The notes beneath the pieces were generated by a model. That model did no database searches. It was not told the DNA's origin and worked only from the letters and a program-made list of their open reading frames with translations. 64,000 bases of DNA, from positions 278,318,001 to 278,382,000 of the forward strand of contig OZ024740.1 of the NCBI GenBank assembly GCA_964016885.1, given 5' to 3'. This document shows positions 50,901-64,000 of this stretch, one piece after another. How positions within the stretch are numbered: the stretch's first letter is position 1; the number at the start of each line of letters is the position of its first letter. A program made the translations under genes and the position numbers. This DNA comes from Eledone cirrhosa. Lineage: Eukaryota.

Positions 50901-52016
50901 ATTGTCACATGTCCTATGTTTTTTCGTAGGTCAGCACTCTTTTTTTCTATTTTAGTTATATATGATGGTATTTTTGGTGGTGTTTTTTCTTGTTAATATA
51001 TCTGCTATCACCAAGATAATGCTTCACTGTCATTGCTAAGGCATATAAACAGGCGTTGATTTGCCAAAATGTTGGGGTTTTTATCCGTCGTAAATATTCA
51101 TTCCCTATTTCGTCAATAACACGTAGTATTTCATTATTTGGTTTTTTATTCACCATTGTCATTTTAACACGTTCAGCCAAAGAGATATTTATACATGAGT
51201 TAATTTCTCTCTGGAAGATTTCGTTGAGGGAAATTTTCAATTGTTTATACTTTTGTTTATCATTATCGATAGTATTTTCCACAACAGTCGAGGTAGACTC
51301 GGATGGTATACGTGGCGTCACATTTATTCGATTATTATTATTATTTCTTCGATTATTATTATTATCGATAGTGTTTTCCCCAGCATTCGAGGTAGACTTA
51401 GATGGTACAGGTGGTGTCAAGTTTCTTACAGGCATAGTTGTTTCAAGGCGCTGTTCGACCTGGCTGCTAGGAAGTCTAGTAGCATGGCGATCTGTAGCAC
51501 GTGTTGTTGATTCCATGTTTGTTGTGGGGGGCTTACAATTAATAATATTTATCTTATTTTTACGTTCAACAAACGTCGCTTGTTGGCGTAATTGTTTCGC
51601 TGTGAAATAATTTAGCTCTGGGTGCATTTCGTCTCAGTGTAGCTTCATTCTATTCATATAGCCAATGGAGGGATTGTTTTTTGCCATTTTATAACAATTA
51701 AATAAATCATTATTAAGTTCGCAACTCCAAGAGAAATGCGATTTATAATTTCGGTTTCTTCTGTAGCTACAACTGAATAAAGTTTGATTACCTTCTTTGT
51801 TATTTGTCTTCGATACTTCCTTAATTTTGTTGTTGATGTTGTGTTCAGCCATGCTGTTTTTAGCAAATCCTTGTAAAATGAATTATGTATTTAGTCGGAT
51901 ATCTCTACGAATTCGAATAAAAGGTGTCTTCAGAAGGGATAGTTAGAAGAATAACCAATTATTCAACCTGGCTGTAGTTGTGGCATTACTGTCGGAGATA
52001 GTATTCATCTTAAATT
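47968..52016 (-). mobile_element. Near full-length R4/Dong-like RLE non-LTR retrotransposon (pseudogenised)
   Basis: N-terminal SW...GYMNRM...QLRQQ; RT NYRPIAC, WLDYKKAFDSVPH, GIFQGDSLS, FVDDLKL; CRLC...HVISSC, RHD; RPDII...EISCP; PVIIGALG; 3' end abuts (TACA)n. Confidence 0.93.
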
Positions 52017-52084
52017 TAATAAATAGTCTCCCACGCCAAAATATGCGACTGATCGCGTTGACATGTATGTATGTATGTATGTAT

Positions 52085-52385
52085 GTTTCTCTTTCTCTTA
52101 ATTACGAGTACATTTTTGACAGGCCACTGGTTGCAAGGTTGTAAAAGAAAAGAACTTGTCATCCCTTGAATTGCAAAAATTTTGTTTTCGCAAATTCTGA
52201 TGGTGCCATCTATCGTAGCCATTTGTAGACTATGAATTAGAGAGCTGCGCTCTTTGTCCAAAAATCCAATTTCAGTTATACTTTGGTCCAAGCGGGTTGG
52301 TATATAGCTCCAATAATGATGGGTATAAAGCAGAAAGTGTATCTTGGATACTGGATCTGTAAATTCCTCATCAATAGTCTTTAGA
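52085..52385 (-). mobile_element. Degenerate RLE LINE 3' fragment
   Basis: LQMATIDGTIRICE resembles LQVQSINGTVKICK at ~48200; also ends at (TACA)n. Confidence 0.55.
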
Positions 52386-52430
52386 TGTATGTATGTATTT
52401 ATATATATATATATGTGTGTGTGTGTTTGT

Positions 52431-52517
<87 letters not shown>

Positions 52518-52904
52518 TGTGTGTGTCTGTGTGTCTGTGTGTGTGCATGCATGTATAGCGACAGTATGGGGTAAAGGAAAATGAGTCTGCATTTGAAATA
52601 AATATACAATAGGGTCAAATGCTTGTAGTGAATGGAAAAGCGTTGATTAATTGAATTATACCAATAAAATTAGTAAACAAAATCTCTAAACACATACCAT
52701 ATTACCTCCCTTTATTTCAGTTTATAAAACATATATATATATCGACAACACCCTTTATATATGATTTTTGCTCTTCTTCATCTTCTCTCTTGGAGCTCTT
52801 TCACATTTGAGGCAAAAGACCACAGCCATTACGAAATTGCGTCAATACAGGCTGACAAACTAGAATCTGGTCTCAGTGACAAATCTAACGAAACATTTAC
52901 ACTT

Positions 52905-53120
52905 AATTGTTTCTACTATAGACACAAGATCGGCAATTTTGAAGGGGAGAGGAAGTTCGATTGAATCGACCCTAGTGCATTACTGGCGCTTTATTTTATC
53001 GACACCGTTAGCATGAAGGCCAAAGCTTCAGCAAGATTTGAACTCAGATCATAAAGGAGTGTAATTCTATGCTACAAAGCATGGTGTCCAACACGCTACC
53101 GATACTGCCAATTTACCGCA
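52905..53120 (-). mobile_element. Degenerate Nin-like SINE, long-tail type
   Basis: TTTATTTTATCGAC, ATTTGAACTCAG and CCGATACTGCCAAT. Confidence 0.75.
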
Positions 53121-53298
53121 CTGAACATTTATACTTAATGACACCACAAATGTCTTTCTCTATCTTTTTTACTTTCACTCGCTCTTACTCTCTTTCTTTC
53201 TCTCACTCTATATCGATGTATATGTATGAGAGTTTGCGTGTGGTAATGCAGTATAGATTCAATCCCATAGTGTTAATTTTGTACATTCCAGAATTTTC

Positions 53299-53392
53299 AA
53301 TTAAGTGAATTATAGGATTTTGAACAATGCTGTAGAAATCTTTTTCTGATATTTTAATATTCATTGTACATGTAGCGATAGCTCTATATATA

Positions 53393-53464
<72 letters not shown>

Positions 53465-53562
53465 TATAGAGAGAGAGAGCTATCCCTACATGTACAATGA
53501 ATATTAAAATATCAGAAAAAGATTTCTACAGCATTGTTCAAAATCCTATAATTCACTTAATT
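53299..53562. repeat. ~87-bp inverted repeats around a (TA)n(GA)n core
   Basis: AATTAAGTGAATTATAGG...GATAGCTC / GAGCTATC...CCTATAATTCACTTAATT. Confidence 0.92.
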
Positions 53563-53574
53563 ATATTCACTTAA

Positions 53575-54012
<438 letters not shown>

Positions 54013-54157
54013 ATACTTTGGGAGGGTCATGTTGCCAATAAGAAACACTCGCACCAGTTGCTTTCGCTCCAATTTATTATGAATAAAATTTATAAATTAA
54101 AGAATTTATAAATTTCCGGTTGGTTGGTTCCACAACCGGACGGTTGTTCATATATTG

Positions 54158-54198
54158 TCAAAGTTCTTTCGTCACACATTCTGTGACCTCTTCAGTGA
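54158..54198 (-). ncRNA. Minimal HHR in pLTR
   Basis: Same motif as 17528-17568. Confidence 0.75.
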
Positions 54199-55797
54199 CT
54201 GGGGATTATTTTATTTGTTTTGTGCCTCTCCTTTGTTCTGTCCTACGCCATCTTGTTTTTGTGTGTGTTGTGAGCTTAGTTTGCGCATGTGTTACATCCA
54301 TGTGTGTTTTTATTTGTTTATTTACATGTTACTGGTTGGATGTTTATTCTACGTATGTGTGTGTTTTCATTTTCTCCTTAATTGTAAGTTGTGATGTTGC
54401 TATTCCATTCATGTTTTCTATTTAATTTTGGTTGGAGTTCATTTATGTTTATTGCCTCTGTGATTTGTCTAAACATTGCGTCTTTTCTGAGTGTAGATTC
54501 TATTTTTATTTCTGTTCTCTAATTTGCCCTTGTGTTACTTTTTAGCATGTTGGTGGAGTATTGATGATTCTTTTTTATCTTGAAGTTCTCGCCAGTGTTC
54601 ATTTAACCGTTCTCCTATGCTACGAGCTGTCTCACCTATGTACACTATATTCTTATCTTTACATTGTCCTTCAGTGCATCTTATGCTATATACTACATTT
54701 CTAGTTTTACAGTTAATATGGGACTTAGTTTACAGATTATGCATTTCTTATCTATACAGGGAGGTCTTTGAAAATGGTATGTATTGCTAATAAGTGTTTT
54801 TATGGAGGTACCTGGTCTTTCTACTATCTTAATATTTAGTTTAAGTTTATCTAGGGCCCTTCTAAATTTGTAAGCTAGTTCACCTCTAGGGGTTGAATTG
54901 ATATTACACTCTGGTATTTATTGCTATCATACCATGAGTTTTTTCTATTAACCTTATTCCTAGTTCTTTCTATTCTATTCCAGAATTTGCTCCTATACAA
55001 GGGGCAAGTCCCATTTGTATCATCATTTACCATTTTTTTTCCATTTGGTTCTGGCTCCTCTATATACTCTGATTGTATCTCTCTTATTGTAACCAGAGAA
55101 CTGCATACGGTGGATGAAGTGTTGTATGTGTCTCTCTAGTTCTTTGGGGTTGGACATGCGGGACACGTTTCTCATCACCCGTACCAAATCCGCAATCAGT
55201 ATGTTGATTTTGGTGTGGTCCGACACAGCTGAGTTTCGGTGGATCAGATATTTGGAAGTCATGGGTTTGGCATAATGGGAATGGAGGATTTGTTTTTTGT
55301 TATTAATCATTTCTAACCAGAGCTCTGTGTCTAGTACAGGTAATCAGTGGTTGGGGTGTTTGCTTGGGTAGTCTATAGTAACTTTAATACTCTGCTGGAT
55401 GGAGTTAGCTATTTGCTGGATGCTTTCCATGGTGTTTTTCTCTAATTCCTGACTGTTCTTTAGTGGAGGTGTTTTTACTACGATGTTTATATCATCAACG
55501 CAATGTTTAGACAAATCACAGAGGCAATAAACATAAATGAACTCCAACCAAAATTAAATAGAAAACATGAATGGAATAGCAACATCACAACTTACAATTA
55601 AGGACAAAATGAAAACACACACACATAGAATAAACAACCAACTAGTAACATGTAAATAAACAAATAAATAAACAAATAAAAACATACACAGACACCCGGA
55701 TGTAACACATGCGCAAACTAAGCACACAACACACACAAAAACAAGATGGCGTAGGACAGAACAAAGGAGAGGCACAAAACAAAGAAAGAATACCCAG

Positions 55798-55838
55798 TCA
55801 CTGAAGAGGTCACAGAATGTGTGAAGAAAGAACTTTGA
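55798..55838 (+). ncRNA. Minimal HHR in inverted pLTR, stem II base mutated
   Basis: TCA-CTGAAGAG-GTCACAGAATGTGTGAA-GAAAGAACTTTGA. Confidence 0.65.
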
Positions 55839-56114
55839 CAATATATGAACAACCGTCCGGTTGTGGAACCAACCAACTGGAAATTTATAAATCTTTTAAT
55901 TTATAATTTATAATAAATTGGAGTGAAAGCATGTGGTGCGTGTGTTTCTTATTGGCAACATGACCCTCCCAAAGTATAACAATATATATATATAGAGAGA
56001 GAGAGAGAGATGCATATAAAGATAGATATATAAAGATAGATGCATATATATATGTTTATCCCGGGTTCAATCGGGTGTAACCTCAGTAAGGTACTCAATA
56101 CATAGCATAGTGTA

Positions 56115-56218
56115 AATATTTAATGTAGAAATGGCTTCTACAGAACTACAACTGTTTCATTCGTGACAAATCATGAAACAGTTCTAGTCCTGTAGAAGCC
56201 ATTTCTATATTAAATATT
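56115..56218. repeat. Fold-back repeat with ~46-bp arms
   Basis: AATATTTAATGTAGAAATGGCTTCTACAG...CTGTTTCAT / ATGAAACAG...CTGTAGAAGCCATTTCTATATTAAATATT. Confidence 0.9.
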
Positions 56219-56669
56219 AAATGTATAGATATGTGTGTGTGTGTGTGTGTAAGAATCTTTTCTCTCTAATCTTCTTATGCCATTGAGCCTGTATAATTCG
56301 TACCAATACGCATAATGTGGATACATTTGTGTAGACTATATGATTAATTACTTTACGTATTAATCAATGTTTCCATACATAGCAGTTATCAAGACTACTC
56401 ACCCCTTCTGCCGAGAATTATAAAAGCTGGTGGATTCTTACAGAATTCCAGTAATGTTTAAGAACTGTTTAAACAGAGTGGTTGCCGGTCCAGCAAATAT
56501 TAGGTATTAGTATAGGTGCTCTGAAATAGCGATGTATACATGAATGTATATATAGTATATTTGGTAATATACTGTATGTTTAATTTAAAACATTTTGAAG
56601 ACCATTCACTGTGAATATTAAAGTAATGACTATGTCACTCACTTATTCACGGCAAAAACAAACGGGATA

Positions 56670-61171
<4,502 letters not shown>

Positions 61172-61182
61172 TGCATACATAA

Positions 61183-61217
<35 letters not shown>

Positions 61218-61655
61218 AAGAATTCGAAGTTTGAAAGCCACGATAATGCGGGTTTGGATTAAAAATAGTTATGTCGTAAGAAACAGTGGTTGTCTGTTTA
61301 CCTTAATTTATTCATATGTCGAGATTAATATCTCTTCTTCTGAGCAAAATAAAGGAACTATTCCAGTGTCTGGTGTGACTTGCTATACATATATATGTAT
61401 ATCTGCGAGATCGTATTTCTGCGGCGACCTAAACAAAACGAAACGCAATTTTCGAGATATGCCGGCAAGCGCTCAATGGACTAGGAAGAAGTCAGAGTAA
61501 TTACCATACGTTATAAGGGTCAGACACATTATAAACATGGCTGTGAAATGACAAGCCAAGCAGCCGAAAAAACGAGCAAGCCCAACAGGTTAACAAAAAT
61601 GTTTTAACAAAATAAAAAATAAAAAATAAAAAAAATAAAAATATATATATATATA

Positions 61656-61733
61656 TGTAGGAGGTGAGTTTTATTGTAGTAGAATAAAGCAATGCAGATA
61701 TCGGATAAGTAGCACTCTACAGTTTGTAGGACT
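61656..61733 (-). repeat. Solo inverted copy of the 63714-63791 tail
   Basis: TGTAGGAGGTGAGTTTTATTGTAGTA...CTCTACAGTTTGT.GGACT is the reverse complement of 63714-63791. Confidence 0.9.
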
Positions 61734-61750
61734 ATTATATATATATATAC

Positions 61751-61861
61751 GTGGGAAAGTAAAAAATCGGAGAATAGACTGTTAAAACATGTTTATTTAA
61801 AACATGTTTATTTAAATAAACATGTTTTAACGGTCTATTCTCCGATTTTTTACTTTCCCAC
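61751..61861. repeat. Fold-back repeat beginning at (TA)n
   Basis: GTGGGAAAGTAAAAAATCGGAGAATAGAC.GTTAAAACATG / CATGTTTTAAC.GTCTATTCTCCGATTTTTTACTTTCCCAC. Confidence 0.9.
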
Positions 61862-62192
61862 TTGCTTACGCTCTGTTAACTCTCTAGCCCACTAAATATT
61901 AACACTTCGAATATTTAATACTGCCGGCACTAGTATCGAGCACCTTTGGCATACGCTACTTGGCAAATAACTATATGTATCACCTATCCTCCCCTTTTTT
62001 CTTTTTCTCGATACGTAAATACTGTATATATATATATATATGTGTGTGGGTGTATATGTATGTATATGTATGTATATATATATATAAAGAAAGTTGTTTA
62101 CATGTCAACACAAGAGTTCATTCTACTCACATGGCTATAAAAATGAGGCCTGTTTGCATAATTGCAAACGAATCGAATGTTATTATTAATAT

Positions 62193-62263
62193 GGTCGATA
62201 AAATAAAGTACCAGTAATGCACTGGGTGATTGCTGGCCTTGTGCCTAAAGTAGAAACAATTAT
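62193..62263 (+). mobile_element. 5'-truncated Nin-like SINE
   Basis: GGTCGATAAAATAAAGTACCAG...GAAACAATT. Confidence 0.85.
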
Positions 62264-62293
62264 TAATATTCGAAAAACTCAGATTACATTTGT

Positions 62294-62350
<57 letters not shown>

Positions 62351-62361
62351 GCGTGTGTGTG

Positions 62362-62396
<35 letters not shown>

Positions 62397-62554
62397 ATCG
62401 TAACCTTACTGGTTGTGGTGGGGCTGATAACGTTGTTAGAACTCAATGTGTCCTTGGAAGGATGGAAGCAGCAAGATTCGGCAGTGTGACCAGTAGTTTT
62501 TGTGGTATGTGACCACCGCTTAATATGTATGAATATATATATATATATATATAT

Positions 62555-63268
62555 ACAATATGTTGAAAGGGTAACACACTAGAGAGAGAGAGAGATCGTG
62601 TGCCATCAATAAAACAGGAAAAACCACCAGTGCATGGAATCTATAACCTATGGAAGGCAGGGTAGACACACAATTATTAAAAATATGAATTAAAATGCGC
62701 ATACGCACCTCTATAACTATATAACACACACGTACAAATCCAAAGAGATCTGTTTCGTCAGAAATTTGTTGACTGAAATGGGATCGCCTATGGGTCATCA
62801 GCGCGTGTAAGACAATACATTCCAGACAACTCTAAGAAAATCTAAGACAACCGTCCAGCAACACGTGGCAGAGTGATGTGACAGCGTGTGTAGGACAGTG
62901 AAGCAGTGGTATCTGAGGGACGAGCTGCTAGAAAGGGCAGCCCAAAAGCCACTCAAAGAAATGTGCTCAACCAAACAGAGAGAGAGAGTAAAGACTCAAC
63001 CAAACAGAGAGAGAGAGTAAAGACTGTTATAAGGAGCGAAATATCACGATAAATTAACGGAGCCATAGACTCTCGCTATTCCCCGTCAATTATGTGCTCA
63101 AAGGAAAAGGAATCCTGAGCTCTTTAAAATACAATATGTTGAAAGGGTTAACACACTAGAGAGATCGTGTGCCATCAATAAAACAGGGAAAACCACCAGT
63201 GTATGGAATCTATAACCTATGGAAGGCAGGGTTGACACACAATAATTAAAAATATAAATTAAAATGTA
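62555..63268 (-). mobile_element. Retrozyme-like ORF-less element: ~577-bp unit with ~140-bp terminal direct repeat and one HHR
   Basis: ACAATATGTTGAAAGGGT...AATTAAAATG at 62555-62698 and 63131-63266; (TA)n flanks. Confidence 0.75.
62725..62809 (-). ncRNA. Type-I HHR with 21-nt insertion after A9
   Basis: TACACGCG-CTGATGA-[21 nt]-GTCA..TGAC-GAA-ACAGATCT-CTTT-GGATTTGT-A-CGTGTGTG. Confidence 0.72.
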
Positions 63269-63417
63269 TATATATATAAGTTGAGATAAAATGAAAACGA
63301 AATTTCATTTCTCACTCTTAGTACGGCACTTACTTAAATGTAAGTATGTGTGTATACAAAGCGGCGTTATAATAAGCGTCCGCTAAACTGATACGTGCAT
63401 ATATGTATGTGTACCAG

Positions 63418-63476
<59 letters not shown>

Positions 63477-63508
63477 AGATCAAAAGATGGTTAAAGGAGT
63501 TCCATATA

Positions 63509-63575
63509 TTTTATTATGCGCATTTCAAAAACAAACATCATCATGCAATAATATTTGTGTTTTCATCAGATAAAA
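63509..63575 (-). ncRNA. Minimal type-I HHR, left arm
   Basis: Mirror of 63598-63664. Confidence 0.78.
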
Positions 63576-63597
63576 TAGGAGAACATGATATGAAGTC

Positions 63598-63664
63598 TTT
63601 TATCTGATGAAAACACAAATATTATTGCATGATGATGTTTGTTTTTGAAATGCGCATAATAAAA
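63598..63664 (+). ncRNA. Minimal type-I HHR, right arm
   Basis: TTTTAT-CTGATGA-AAAc-ACAAATATTATT-GCAT-GATGATGTTTGT-tTTT-GAA-ATGCGCAT-A-ATAAAA. Confidence 0.8.
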
Positions 63665-63790
63665 TATATGGAACTCCTTTAACCATCTTTTGATCTTATA
63701 TTATGCATACTCCAGTCCCACAAACTGTAGAGTGCTTCTTATCCGATATCTGCATTGCTTTATTGTACTACAATAAAACTCACCTCCTAC

Positions 63791-63874
<84 letters not shown>

Positions 63875-63924
63875 TGCTACTGTACGTCTGTATACATATA
63901 TGTATGTACGTATACACACATACT

Positions 63925-64000
<76 letters not shown>

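Larger units (their letters stand above)
63469..63791. mobile_element. Fold-back HHR element (arms 63469-63704) plus tail, within (TA)n
   Basis: ~107-bp arms that appear identical, ~22-nt spacer, GAGTGCTTC at 63730-63738. Confidence 0.9.

Overview
AT-rich, microsatellite-dense animal non-coding DNA made almost entirely of transposon relics; I can support no host protein-coding gene. The abundant tRNA-derived SINE carrying a Nin/Deu-like core suggests a mollusc, probably an octopod cephalopod (inference). Contents: a Helitron Rep/helicase fragment and a complete non-autonomous Helitron; an internally deleted DD37D Tc1/mariner and a mariner MITE; a Tx1/L1-like LINE; RTE-like LINEs with bipartite non-autonomous derivatives; R4/Dong-like RLE LINEs; Penelope-like elements (PLEs); about 15 SINEs. 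The most striking signal is RNA-level. By eye I find about 17 type-I hammerhead ribozyme (HHR) motifs from roughly 8-9 unrelated sequence families, including core variants (U3-A8, U4A, U4C, insertion after A9). Several sit in short ORF-less fold-back elements next to (TA)n tracts, with one HHR on each strand. There is also a retrozyme-like ~577-bp direct-repeat unit and a tRNA-headed family found both as a 265-bp tandem unit and as a hairpin with a target-site duplication (TSD). All folds and coordinates were read manually and need computational confirmation.
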